This document shows, in pieces, positions 38,055 through 47,706 of a stretch of DNA of 64,000 nucleotides. Position numbers and translations under genes: made by a program. The DNA comes from Weeksellaceae bacterium. Lineage in GTDB: Bacteria; Bacteroidota; Bacteroidia; Flavobacteriales; Weeksellaceae. A model generated the notes under the pieces. It saw only the letters and a list, made by a program, of their open reading frames with translations. It did not search any database and had not been told where the DNA came from. The stretch's first letter is position 1. Every line of letters starts with the position of its first letter. Location of the stretch: positions 3,809 to 67,808 of the forward strand of contig JAKLPS010000022.1 of assembly GCA_022013695.1 (NCBI GenBank), read 5' to 3'.

Positions 38055-40046
38055 TTATGCAGCTTTTATATTTTCATTCACAATCAATTCCACTTCTTTA
38101 TTGATTTTTCTAAAGTTGGTCATCAGCACTTCTTCTTTGCGGTTATTTCCTTTTTTATCTACAAAAGAGTAATACGATGGTATTTTCACATAGTTGCTTT
38201 CTTCCTCTTGAATAGCTTTCAAATCCAAATTTATCTTACCGTTGACTGCGGACGTTTTATATTCTTCACCATCGTTTTCTTCTCCCTGTGCAATCATTCC
38301 AACCATTTCTCCTGTTTTCAGAGCCGCAATTTTTCCTGCAGGAATCATATGATCCATTTTTTCATTGATACTTGTGGTCGTCCCTTGTTGTGAAATGGAT
38401 TGTGAATATAATTTCTGTTTAATTTTCCCAAATAGTTTTTCCAACCAATCGAGTGTGTTTTTGTCTCTGGCGGATCCGGAAAGAATATTTCCAACAATAG
38501 CAGAAATCGTATCAGCAACTTCTTTTTTGTAGAACTGTCTGAGCTGCGGAATTTCCTGAAGTCCAAGCATTACAGCAACTCTGTTGCTTCTTGCAGTGGC
38601 TACGATGTTATCAATTTTATGAATATAAATCGTCGGAAATTCGTCTGCGATAATTCCTCCCGGTAAATTGTGTTTGGAATTGATCAATCTTAAAGTCCTG
38701 TTTAATACCGAAGAATACAATGCAGAATTAATATCCTGTGTTCCCGGGTCTGAAGCCAGAATAATAATGGAAGGATTATCTCTGTCGGTTATCTTCAATT
38801 CCACTTCATCTCCGGAAAACACCCAAAAGCTTTCTTTAGTAGCCAATCTTGAAAGGAAAATTTTGAGTGTTCCGACCTGTCCTTCCAATTGGTCAAAAGC
38901 TTTGTTGTCATAAGCCGTCTTGAAGGGTGAAAGCAGAGAGAAAATTTCTTCATTGGTAAAAAGTGTATCGAAAATTTCTTTGTAGCTTCTATTCATAAAA
39001 GAAAGAATATGAGGCAGATCAGAATATTTTCCGTTTTCGAATGTTGCAAAAAAATAAATGCAGGATGAAAGAAAATTGATGGCAGATTGCGTAAAAAATG
39101 CTTCAGAACCACCTCCTGAACTCGAACCTCCTTTTTGTAAAGAGGACACCATTGATTCTGCCATTTCCTGCGCTTCTGCCAAAGTTTGAATGTACTTTTT
39201 ATGAAACGGATTAACTCGTTTTGATTTTTCAACCTCATTCAGATTAATGACGTGGAAATTGTAATCGTAATCCGATTCTTTGCTTTTTTTCAACAAATAA
39301 TGGTAGTACGCAATCTGTGCTAGATCGGGAAACTTAAAATCGTAGATGCAGAGACAAAAACCTTTTGCGATCATCTGTCTTATGGCAGGATTGATGACTC
39401 CGAAAGATTTTCCGCTGCCTGGTGTTCCGATGACCATTGTTCCTCTAAAAGGATTGATGTTCATCCAGCCTTTATTGCTTTTGTTTTTGTAACGGAACAA
39501 GTATGGGATGTTAATTGTGACGTCCGATGTTACCAATTCCTGATTTTGGTCGAAAGATTCTTCTTCAACATTCCATCGGTCTTTTCCCATTTTTTGCTGC
39601 ATCAGTTTTGAAATACTGTCTGCACCCATTTGAAGAATAACTGCCCCTAAAAAAGAAAGAACAGCATAAATTACCTGATAGAGATTGAAGCCAGGAAATA
39701 CTTTTGGAAGCTTCCCATTGCCTGCCTCATTTTGCCAAACCAATGAAGAGAAAATAATCAGCAATCCCAAAATCATAGGAACGACAATTTCCTTAGCAAC
39801 ATTAAGGTCTTTCTTTTTCTTGGCTTTTGTTCCGACAGCTACCAATCCAATAAGAATCAATGTCGCAAATTTGGCATTGATAGGTGGGTAGATAAAGCTC
39901 AGCTTTGAAAAATTTTTCAGCAAGTTGGACACTACCGGAACATCAGCATTAAGGTAAAAAAGCGAAGCACAATCGAGTGCAACCACAGCGTACACTGCTT
40001 TTTGTAGAAAGCCATAGATCTTTATTTGATGTTGTTGCTCTTGCAT
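38055..40046 (-). CDS. type IV secretion coupling protein (TraG/TraD/VirD4 family)
   Basis: 663 aa with N-terminal TM helices, Walker A GTPGSGKS and a Walker B-like GGIIADEF. Confidence 0.85.
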   Translation of the reverse strand: MQEQQHQIKIYGFLQKAVYAVVALDCASLFYLNADVPVVSNLLKNFSKLSFIYPPINAKFATLILIGLVAVGTKAKKKKDLNVAKEIVVPMILGLLIIFSSLVWQNEAGNGKLPKVFPGFNLYQVIYAVLSFLGAVILQMGADSISKLMQQKMGKDRWNVEEESFDQNQELVTSDVTINIPYLFRYKNKSNKGWMNINPFRGTMVIGTPGSGKSFGVINPAIRQMIAKGFCLCIYDFKFPDLAQIAYYHYLLKKSKESDYDYNFHVINLNEVEKSKRVNPFHKKYIQTLAEAQEMAESMVSSLQKGGSSSGGGSEAFFTQSAINFLSSCIYFFATFENGKYSDLPHILSFMNRSYKEIFDTLFTNEEIFSLLSPFKTAYDNKAFDQLEGQVGTLKIFLSRLATKESFWVFSGDEVELKITDRDNPSIIILASDPGTQDINSALYSSVLNRTLRLINSKHNLPGGIIADEFPTIYIHKIDNIVATARSNRVAVMLGLQEIPQLRQFYKKEVADTISAIVGNILSGSARDKNTLDWLEKLFGKIKQKLYSQSISQQGTTTSINEKMDHMIPAGKIAALKTGEMVGMIAQGEENDGEEYKTSAVNGKINLDLKAIQEEESNYVKIPSYYSFVDKKGNNRKEEVLMTNFRKINKEVELIVNENIKAA

Positions 40047-40429
40047 TAAGAATAATTTTCGAAATATTGATTCAGTAATTTGTGTTCTTCCAGTAAATTT
40101 TCGTGTAGCTCCTGTTGCCGTTCCTGCAAATTTTTATGATGTTCCTGTATTTTAACAAGTTTGGCATTCAACAGATTCAATTTATTAATGAAGTCATTTC
40201 CTCTTTTTTCGACGTTCTTAATAATGTATGAGCAGCTTGCCTCTTCAATATTTTTCAACACATTATCTTTAAACTCACTGAAATGCTTTTCCAATTTATA
40301 GATTTCAAGTTCCCTTTCTAGTTTTCTATTTTTTTGTTTTTCAAAAATTATATCTAAAACCACTAGCACAAGCATTGTAAGTAATAATGCGATATAAATA
40401 TTTTTCACATTGTCAATTAAGTATTCCAT
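40046..40429 (-). CDS. hypothetical TM plus coiled-coil protein
   Basis: 127 aa with one TM helix and a charged coiled coil. Its stop is adjacent to the coupling-protein start. Confidence 0.5.
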   Translation of the reverse strand: MEYLIDNVKNIYIALLLTMLVLVVLDIIFEKQKNRKLERELEIYKLEKHFSEFKDNVLKNIEEASCSYIIKNVEKRGNDFINKLNLLNAKLVKIQEHHKNLQERQQELHENLLEEHKLLNQYFENYS

Positions 40430-40439
40430 AATAAAAAAA

Positions 40440-41309
40440 TTAAAAGGTATCGGCTTTTAGAATTTCAGAATAGTTGACCTTCATTTCGATGGTTCTTCCG
40501 GAGAGTTGCTCTTCAATGAGGCGAATCATCATCACTTTACTGTTGGGGTAGGTGAATTTTTTGAAAACATAAATATTTCTGAAATTTTTTCTGAAGTGTT
40601 TTTGGGGATTGAGTTGTAAAATGGGCGTCAGATCTACACTTTGGTTGTTTGTTGCTTTATGGATTTTTTTGTCTTCTAATGAGAATTTTAAATCTTCAAT
40701 ATCATAGCTCAGATTAGAATTATTCTTGATGGTCATATCTAAAAAGATGTAATCACTTATCACATAGACATTGTTGAGTTGAAAGCTGAGTTTTAGATTT
40801 TTCTCTTCTCTGATTGGATTTTTCTCAGATTTTTTTTGAATAATATCCATCGCAAATTTTCTCAGTTCAAGATTAGAGAACACCATTTTATCAAATTCTA
40901 CAGGCTGCATCGCTTCGGGCTGTATATGAATATTGGTAATCGTATTGAGGTTATCCTGATTTCGATAAACAACTTTGTATTGTGCAATGAAAGATTGTGC
41001 GACAACGGTAATGATCCCAATAGTATTTCCATTAAAAAAAACGGAAGGTATATTGATTTTTCCTTTCTCGTCAGAATCAGGATGATCTGTGATCTTTATC
41101 CTGGCAATGTTTGTAGCAGGCAAATCTCCAGTCAGTTTTTCTGTTGACAAATCCACGTACTGAATGGGTTCCGGCGAAATGATATGCAGGTTGATACCTT
41201 CGGTAATTTCAATCTCAGGTAAATCGGAAACAATCTGTTCTTTGGTTGCAGTTTGAGCCGTGAAAAATTGAGCTATGAATATTAAAAGGGTGTATAATAA
41301 AGTTCTCAT
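40440..41309 (-). CDS. traN: conjugative transposon protein TraN
   Basis: 289 aa with a signal peptide. The PIQYVDLS segment and its position after traM match TraN (DUF4138). Confidence 0.75.
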   Translation of the reverse strand: MRTLLYTLLIFIAQFFTAQTATKEQIVSDLPEIEITEGINLHIISPEPIQYVDLSTEKLTGDLPATNIARIKITDHPDSDEKGKINIPSVFFNGNTIGIITVVAQSFIAQYKVVYRNQDNLNTITNIHIQPEAMQPVEFDKMVFSNLELRKFAMDIIQKKSEKNPIREEKNLKLSFQLNNVYVISDYIFLDMTIKNNSNLSYDIEDLKFSLEDKKIHKATNNQSVDLTPILQLNPQKHFRKNFRNIYVFKKFTYPNSKVMMIRLIEEQLSGRTIEMKVNYSEILKADTF

Positions 41310-41313
41310 TGTT

Positions 41314-42528
41314 TTATTTTTTTTGTTGGTTTTGTGAATCTTTCAATTGTTTTTCGTCGATCAAAAAGACATATGAGTTGTATTTCAGTTTTGCTTTATT
41401 TTCTTTGATCAGATTGGCGATAGATTTGGAGGTTGATGTGAACAGGCTGCTTCCGATGCTTGAGAAAAATCCTTTTCCGCCCATATCCATCTGTGTTCCT
41501 TGAACTGAGTTGCTACCCATTTCCCTCATCATATCTCTAAAAACACTTTGTGGAACGTACAATCCTTTCATCCCATCTACATCGTAAATTGATAAATTAA
41601 CAGGATAGATTTCTCCTTTTGTGAATACAGAAACAATATTAAGATTGACCCGTTGCATCGAAAATCCTGAGATTTGTCCGTATAAAATAGAACCTTTGCT
41701 TATTTTTTTGTTCCCAACAAAGATGTCTTCCAATAATCGGAACCTAATCCTGCTTCCAAGAAAGCCTTTGTTGTTTTCGTCAATGACTGCTTTGATAAAG
41801 CTGTTATCTTTTTCTTTATAGAAAGCATTGAATTCACTGTTGATTCCGGATTTGCTCACATTGAAAGTTGAATTAAGAAAATCTTCCATTTTCTCTTTAT
41901 TGGACTTCAGTCTCTGTTCTGCGGCGAGTTTACTTTGATACTCAGGGTCACGGGATTTTTCTAAAGAATCCATCACCAGCATTTGTTCTTTCATATATTT
42001 GACAGGGTCTGGTTGGACACTTTGTGTCTTTTCTTTAGGTGTATCACCGTATTTATCATCTTGGTTTCTGTAGGATTTGTCATTCAGCATTTTGATGATT
42101 TCAGATGATCTATTGTAATCTTTATCGTCCCTTTGTGATTGATTTGGTTTGTAATAGGAGGACTGATTTCCTTTTGCCTGGTATCCGTTTTGTCTGCTAT
42201 TGACTGCTTTTAGTGAATCTATTTTTCTTTTTTGCGCTAATGACAATTGGTCATCATAGTTTAATAAACTATCCTCTTCTTTATCCAAACCACCAAGCAT
42301 CGTTCTGTTATCCTCTTTTTTGAAAAAAGCATCATACGCATCATTTTTGGTCATAATGGAATCCTGCGTTTCGCCCAATGAAAGCGACAATTCTTTTGGT
42401 TTATCTTTTTCAGACGTATCTTCTTTGACAAACTGCGCTCCTACATAGGCAAAAAGAAAAAGAAACGGTAAAGCCAGAAGTGGCAAAACATATTTTTTTT
42501 CTTTAAAATTTATTTTTTTAATGTCCAT
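41314..42528 (-). CDS. traM: conjugative transposon protein TraM
   Basis: 404 aa with an N-terminal TM helix and a polar linker. Size and position between traL/K and traN fit TraM. Confidence 0.7.
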   Translation of the reverse strand: MDIKKINFKEKKYVLPLLALPFLFLFAYVGAQFVKEDTSEKDKPKELSLSLGETQDSIMTKNDAYDAFFKKEDNRTMLGGLDKEEDSLLNYDDQLSLAQKRKIDSLKAVNSRQNGYQAKGNQSSYYKPNQSQRDDKDYNRSSEIIKMLNDKSYRNQDDKYGDTPKEKTQSVQPDPVKYMKEQMLVMDSLEKSRDPEYQSKLAAEQRLKSNKEKMEDFLNSTFNVSKSGINSEFNAFYKEKDNSFIKAVIDENNKGFLGSRIRFRLLEDIFVGNKKISKGSILYGQISGFSMQRVNLNIVSVFTKGEIYPVNLSIYDVDGMKGLYVPQSVFRDMMREMGSNSVQGTQMDMGGKGFFSSIGSSLFTSTSKSIANLIKENKAKLKYNSYVFLIDEKQLKDSQNQQKK

Positions 42529-42871
42529 ATTTTAATTTTTGGTATTGGTTAAACAGGTAGTCAATTCGTAAGCTGTCTTCTTTTTTCAGAGTGTTTTGGT
42601 CTCTTTTTACTTTTAAAGCTTTCAGTTCGTTCACAATTTTTTCCATCTCTTTATCATTATTTAAGGATGGATTTTGACTCATCTTACTCTTAGAATAGAG
42701 GACCGGAGGTCTTATTTTAAATGCTGTTTCGGAAGGGAAAAAGACACCTTGAATGAGAGACCCTATAAATGAAACCGACAGTAGAATCATTGAATACGTG
42801 AAGAATTTCTTCGGATTTTGAACTACCCACTGCAGCCATTTCTGACCTTTTTTTTTAAATGTAGTTTCCAT
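42518..42871 (-). CDS. small membrane protein in the TraL position
   Basis: 117 aa with one TM helix, located between traK and traM. Confidence 0.5.
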   Translation of the reverse strand: METTFKKKGQKWLQWVVQNPKKFFTYSMILLSVSFIGSLIQGVFFPSETAFKIRPPVLYSKSKMSQNPSLNNDKEMEKIVNELKALKVKRDQNTLKKEDSLRIDYLFNQYQKLKYGH

Positions 42872-42873
42872 TT

Positions 42874-43488
42874 TTAGTAAGAGTTTTTATTTTGATTGGA
42901 TAGTTCTTCGTTATTGATGATTCGCCAGTTTTTAAGGATCACACCGTGAGGATTATTGGGACTTCTGATGATGTCTTCAAAGAAACCTTCGGTGATGAGC
43001 TTTCTGGTAATGACAGAAGATTTTCTTGTGATCATTTGTTTCCCGAAAAAATGAAATTTCTTCTGTTCCATATTGAGTGCAATTGAATCGGTATGGATGC
43101 TTACCATTGAACTGGAGGCGATGATCTGATTGTAAAATCCTTTTTCCTTTAAGTTGGTATATTCTTTTTTTCCGCTGTCATCAATGAGATACAATGACTT
43201 TTGAATATTATCCTTGATATAGGTATCATCGGGAGCAAGTGTGAAAAACAACCTGTGGAATAATTCTATTTGAGCTTTGTATTCTACAGGTCGGTTCAAT
43301 AATACATCGGTTTGCTTGGCAAGTACCGGAACGCCATTGTCTAAAATGTAAATTGATTTTCTGGAATCCTCGATCATTCTGTATGCAAAAAAAAATCCCG
43401 CAATAACAATGAAAACAGCAAAAGCAATGGCAGATAATGAAACGACCTTGTTGATCTTGATTCTTTGTTCTATATTTTTGATAAGCAT
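42874..43488 (-). CDS. traK: conjugative transposon protein TraK
   Basis: 204 aa with an N-terminal TM helix followed by SIYILDNGVPVLA. Size and position fit TraK. Confidence 0.75.
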   Translation of the reverse strand: MLIKNIEQRIKINKVVSLSAIAFAVFIVIAGFFFAYRMIEDSRKSIYILDNGVPVLAKQTDVLLNRPVEYKAQIELFHRLFFTLAPDDTYIKDNIQKSLYLIDDSGKKEYTNLKEKGFYNQIIASSSMVSIHTDSIALNMEQKKFHFFGKQMITRKSSVITRKLITEGFFEDIIRSPNNPHGVILKNWRIINNEELSNQNKNSY

Positions 43489-43511
43489 TTTGTTTTGGTA
43501 TTTTTTAAAGG

Positions 43512-44744
43512 TTATTTTCCGTTTTTCATCGCTTTCTGAACTCTTCCCGAAGCGGAACCTGCTGCGCTTGCTGCTACTGAAGCACCTCCTGTTTTGGCAG
43601 CCAATATTGCTGTTTTAGCACTACTCGCCATTTTTCCTGCGGCACTTTTCATTTTCGTCATTGCTCCGGCTCCTCCTGCTGAAACAATACTGTCGGCAAT
43701 AGTTGGAGTCATTAAAACCCCGATGCCTGTTACAACATAGGCAACACAGGTAAAGAGCTGATTGTAGATCATTCCCGAATTACTCACATAGACCATTACA
43801 GCGTCTAAGTTGGTAATCGTTCCGTTGGATAAAAGTGTATCATACCTTTCAATCTCCATTGTATAGCCTGAAGCAATTAATTGCTGACCAATATTGATGA
43901 TGGTGTAGGCAACAAAAGTGTAAAGGTTAATATTGATGAACTTGGACACCCAGCTATATAAAGAGCTTTCAAATCCAGGTACAAGAGCCATCCCAACGGC
44001 TATCGGGCCTAAAATAATCAGGATGTAAGCCCATATTTTTTGAATGAAGAAAATGAGATAAACACAAATCCTCAGAACGGAAAGACAAACAAACTCAATG
44101 AGTTCTGCCACTAATTTCTGCATTTGGAATTCCATTCTTATCGACCATTCCTTGATGGGCTGAATGAGTTTATCCAATCCCTCACTGATGTCAAACCAGG
44201 AATCATCTGCATCTTCGGTAGTGTTTTCAATAACTTCCTGCTTCGCATCTTCTTCCGCTTTCAGTTTTATGACAGCATCGAGCAATTGCTGCTGCTTCTT
44301 AAATCTCTCGACCCTTAAGTCGTTAACTTCTGATTCTATCTCGCTGAAAATTGAAATTCCGGGTTCGGCAATGGCCTCAAATGGTGCTTGAATCATACTG
44401 ACAAATCCACTCCAATAAACAAGCGTAAATCCTATAAGAATTGGTTTCAGCATTGGGGTAATTTCCCACTCCCTGTCTCCGGCGGCCATTTGCCAACCCA
44501 TATACCCGAGGTACATAAGAGCGCCTAAACCGCCTATTGCTTTTCCTACCAAAGCAGAACCGGCAGCACTATCTTGTACGCTATTATCCAGCTTTGTAAA
44601 AACTTCCATAAACCATTTCTCAAAAGCACCGTCACCTTTTAAAAATTGGAGTAGATTGCTGTAATCACTGTCAGTTTGGGCAAACCCCATCACCGGCAAT
44701 ACTATTGCCAAAAGGCAAAAAATTAATGTTATTGTTTTATTCAT
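43512..44744 (-). CDS. traJ: conjugative transposon protein TraJ (VirB6-like polytopic protein) with Ala/Gly-rich tail
   Basis: 410 aa. GKAIGGLGALMYLGYMGWQMAAGDREWEITPMLKP resembles the TraJ N-region. It has multiple TM helices. Confidence 0.75.
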   Translation of the reverse strand: MNKTITLIFCLLAIVLPVMGFAQTDSDYSNLLQFLKGDGAFEKWFMEVFTKLDNSVQDSAAGSALVGKAIGGLGALMYLGYMGWQMAAGDREWEITPMLKPILIGFTLVYWSGFVSMIQAPFEAIAEPGISIFSEIESEVNDLRVERFKKQQQLLDAVIKLKAEEDAKQEVIENTTEDADDSWFDISEGLDKLIQPIKEWSIRMEFQMQKLVAELIEFVCLSVLRICVYLIFFIQKIWAYILIILGPIAVGMALVPGFESSLYSWVSKFININLYTFVAYTIINIGQQLIASGYTMEIERYDTLLSNGTITNLDAVMVYVSNSGMIYNQLFTCVAYVVTGIGVLMTPTIADSIVSAGGAGAMTKMKSAAGKMASSAKTAILAAKTGGASVAASAAGSASGRVQKAMKNGK

Positions 44745-44746
44745 TT

Positions 44747-45577
44747 TTAAAATCGGTGTTTATAGTGGTTCATTATATTTTGAACAATCTGCCCGTCTGA
44801 TGCCGGTGTCCACGCAGGTGGCAAAGCATAATTTGAATGGTTTTTCAGAATATTTTTGTAATCTGTAAGAAGTGTTGTCTTATTATTATACTTCCTTAAT
44901 TCCCTTACAAATTTTCTCCATCTGATAAGAGTTTCGTGATACATAATGAATCGTTTTCCCCTTGGCATATCCATACTTCTGGACATTGAATATTTTTCTT
45001 TGATGAGATCAAGTTCTTCCTGAAGCCGTGTTATAGTACCTGTATTACTGAGTGTTTCAAAAGTTTGCTGGTCTTTCAGCCGCCATTCGATAAAGTTTTG
45101 AGGGGTATCAGGAAATTCAGTAATAGGTTTTAACATTCGTTTGTAATACAAAAGCCAAAGAGGATCGGCATCGACAGTAGCGGAAGTCCAATGGGCAAAA
45201 TCCTGAACGCTTCTTTTATAAATGGTATCCGAAGCAGCTTTTATCTTTTTTGCTTCTTCCTCCTGATACTTCAATTGAGCAAATCTTTGATTTTGCACCC
45301 CTGTCGCTTTTAATGGTCGAATGTCTTCCCCATCTTTATAATCCCTATTGATTTTTGGAGACCACATTCCCCAAACCGTCGCGTAGGCAAAATTGGTCTG
45401 AATACCTAAAAAGTATTTTGGATAAGGACGCCAGTCTCCCCAATCTTGAAAGACCATTCTTTTATGCTGGGCAACAATGGAAGGGTCATTCAATCTTTTT
45501 ACACTCAACTGTCCAAACACAGTGGCTGCGATTAGGAGAAACTGAAGTAGACTGATTTTTTTTAGTAGATTTTCCAT
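44747..45577 (-). CDS. secreted hypothetical protein, member 4 of a C-terminal-motif family
   Basis: 276 aa with a signal peptide, ending in DGQIVQNIMNHYKHRF. Confidence 0.6.
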   Translation of the reverse strand: MENLLKKISLLQFLLIAATVFGQLSVKRLNDPSIVAQHKRMVFQDWGDWRPYPKYFLGIQTNFAYATVWGMWSPKINRDYKDGEDIRPLKATGVQNQRFAQLKYQEEEAKKIKAASDTIYKRSVQDFAHWTSATVDADPLWLLYYKRMLKPITEFPDTPQNFIEWRLKDQQTFETLSNTGTITRLQEELDLIKEKYSMSRSMDMPRGKRFIMYHETLIRWRKFVRELRKYNNKTTLLTDYKNILKNHSNYALPPAWTPASDGQIVQNIMNHYKHRF

Positions 45578-45582
45578 AATAT

Positions 45583-46251
45583 TTAATTAAAGATGTAATG
45601 GTATTTAGTGATGATGTCGCCAACAATGGCTCTGTCTATATTGATGTAATTACGAAGCACCGGAACCTGATACAGGTAAGGGATTTTCCTGGCATTCTCT
45701 AATCGCAGATTGATGTATATAATGTTTCCGTTGATATTTCTTACTCGTGTAAATATCTTTTCAATCAGCATTTCTCTATCCATCGCATCCATCAGAAAAT
45801 CTTTATCTTCATTGAGAATATCTTGGGTAACTTCCTGCTGAAGTTTGATCGTTTGCTTGCCTATCTCAACATAATATTTTGAAATGAGTACCGAATATTC
45901 AGGATGCTGTGCGGATAGATCCAGCATTTTATTGGAGTTCGTTACTATTTTACCCAAATACTGATAGAGATAAATGAGTTTTTTGCTCTGGGTCAAGGCT
46001 GAATTCACATTTTTGAGCTGTTGATAGATGTATTCCTGAATGGCGATGATCTGCGTGATTTTATTGTTGATATCATCATACAGTTCTTTTTGCTTTTCAT
46101 ACGAATCCAAAAAAGTCTGTTCACTTCCCAATCGAACGCCGTGATTTACGGTGATCTGTGATAAAAGTTTGTCATTGATAACTATCTGCTGGCTTTTTAC
46201 GGATGCAACAGTGAAGAATAAAAGTCCAAGAAGAATTGCTTTTTTGCTCAT
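45583..46251 (-). CDS. secreted coiled-coil protein (TraI/DUF4141-like?), family member 3
   Basis: 222 aa with a signal peptide, ending in YINIDRAIVGDIITKYHYIFN. Confidence 0.6.
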   Translation of the reverse strand: MSKKAILLGLLFFTVASVKSQQIVINDKLLSQITVNHGVRLGSEQTFLDSYEKQKELYDDINNKITQIIAIQEYIYQQLKNVNSALTQSKKLIYLYQYLGKIVTNSNKMLDLSAQHPEYSVLISKYYVEIGKQTIKLQQEVTQDILNEDKDFLMDAMDREMLIEKIFTRVRNINGNIIYINLRLENARKIPYLYQVPVLRNYINIDRAIVGDIITKYHYIFN

Positions 46252-46319
46252 ATCATTATTATTTTATCATTAAGAAATTTGTGAAATACTTTGGCTCTGC
46301 CGAATCTTCGATTTCATTT

Positions 46320-47042
46320 CTAAAAAGACTTGATGTTATTCATTATGCTTTCAACTACTTGTTTATCCCTATTGACATAATATTGAAAGGCTCTTTTGTT
46401 ACGTTTTACTTTGGCTTTAATATCCCGTATTTTCAAAAGCATATGCGTAGAATTTCTGCTCAATATTTTTACTTCGCCTAAAGCATAATCCAATAATACT
46501 TTGCGTTCCGATTTCTCCATTTGATTGATAGCTCCATAAGACAAAATGATCCCGGTAACCAGCCGTGTTACCATTTGCAGATCATCCACAAACTGAACCT
46601 GAGAAGGCAAAAGGGCTATAATGGAATAAGGAGCATCGTTTATTTCATTGATAATAGCAGTCTGATTGTTTGTTATTTTTGTTATTTCCCTGCTCATTGC
46701 TATTCCTGTCGGTATTGCCTGGATGGCAAATGAAACTATCCTCAATCGATCCTGAATTTTGGTAATCTTGTCTTTGAAGTTGTTCCATTGGGTTCTATTG
46801 GCGGTTTCCACAGTCGCATTCAGCGTTTGCTTTTCCCGCATCTCTTTTTGCCTGTCGTGTTCTTTCATTGTGGCATTGATCTCCAAATCCATCATCGGAA
46901 ATGATACATTTTCCTGTTGCCAAGCTGGTGTGGAACCGCCACCGGAAGAAGTTAAAACGACGTATATTGCAGAAAAAAGCAAACTTAAAAACAACTTATT
47001 TTTGCCTTCATAAAGTCGGCGAATCTCGTTCCTCGATTTCAT
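46320..47042 (-). CDS. membrane-anchored hypothetical protein, family member 2
   Basis: I chose the internal Met (cat at 47040-47042), which avoids overlap with the upstream gene. It gives MKSRNEIRRLYEGKNKLFLSLLFSAIYVVL and the protein ends in YVNRDKQVVESIMNNIKSF. Confidence 0.55.
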   Translation of the reverse strand: MKSRNEIRRLYEGKNKLFLSLLFSAIYVVLTSSGGGSTPAWQQENVSFPMMDLEINATMKEHDRQKEMREKQTLNATVETANRTQWNNFKDKITKIQDRLRIVSFAIQAIPTGIAMSREITKITNNQTAIINEINDAPYSIIALLPSQVQFVDDLQMVTRLVTGIILSYGAINQMEKSERKVLLDYALGEVKILSRNSTHMLLKIRDIKAKVKRNKRAFQYYVNRDKQVVESIMNNIKSF

Positions 47043-47052
47043 CTTTTTGGTT

Positions 47053-47706
47053 TTAAAAATTCCTTTTATACCGATCCATAATATCCTCAACAATCGCTTT
47101 GTCTGTATTGATGTAGCCTGCAAATGGATTGATGGAATTCCAGAATCCCAATCGGTTTGCTTTCTCCAATCTTAATTTGATGGCCAAAAGCCACAACTTC
47201 AGATTTTTGACATTACCGGAAATATTATGAAGGATTTTGTAGCGGTCTCCTGCAGTAGCCAGATTCAACTCTCCGGATGCGAGAATATCAGATACATCGG
47301 TCACGATCTTTAGACTTTGCTCGTAGGTTTTTTGGGAAGCTTTCACCCCAAAAATTGCGTATTGCGGATGTGCTGATGCTAATTGTCCTACTTGTGCTGA
47401 GTAATTGTAACACTTATTGAGTTCCGAGTAGATCTCCTGCACCTGAATACCATTTTGCAGTGTCCCGGAAACTTCTTTTAAGCCCTTCAGAATTTTATTC
47501 TGAATATCGTTAGCTGCAACCATCTGGGTTCCGACCCATGTCTGGGCATCTTTTAGTTTTGAAGTTTCTTCGATGACCTCATTCTGTTTGGCTTTTAGAT
47601 TTTCAGAATATAGAATCATTGCTGCCGTTACCGTAGGATCGATGTAGGTGTTTTGAGCACACAATAAACTTCCAAATCCTAAAAATAGAATGCTAAACTT
47701 TTTCAT
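47053..47706 (-). CDS. secreted coiled-coil protein (TraI/DUF4141-like?), family member 1
   Basis: 217 aa with a signal peptide, ending in YINTDKAIVEDIMDRYKRNF. Confidence 0.6.
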   Translation of the reverse strand: MKKFSILFLGFGSLLCAQNTYIDPTVTAAMILYSENLKAKQNEVIEETSKLKDAQTWVGTQMVAANDIQNKILKGLKEVSGTLQNGIQVQEIYSELNKCYNYSAQVGQLASAHPQYAIFGVKASQKTYEQSLKIVTDVSDILASGELNLATAGDRYKILHNISGNVKNLKLWLLAIKLRLEKANRLGFWNSINPFAGYINTDKAIVEDIMDRYKRNF

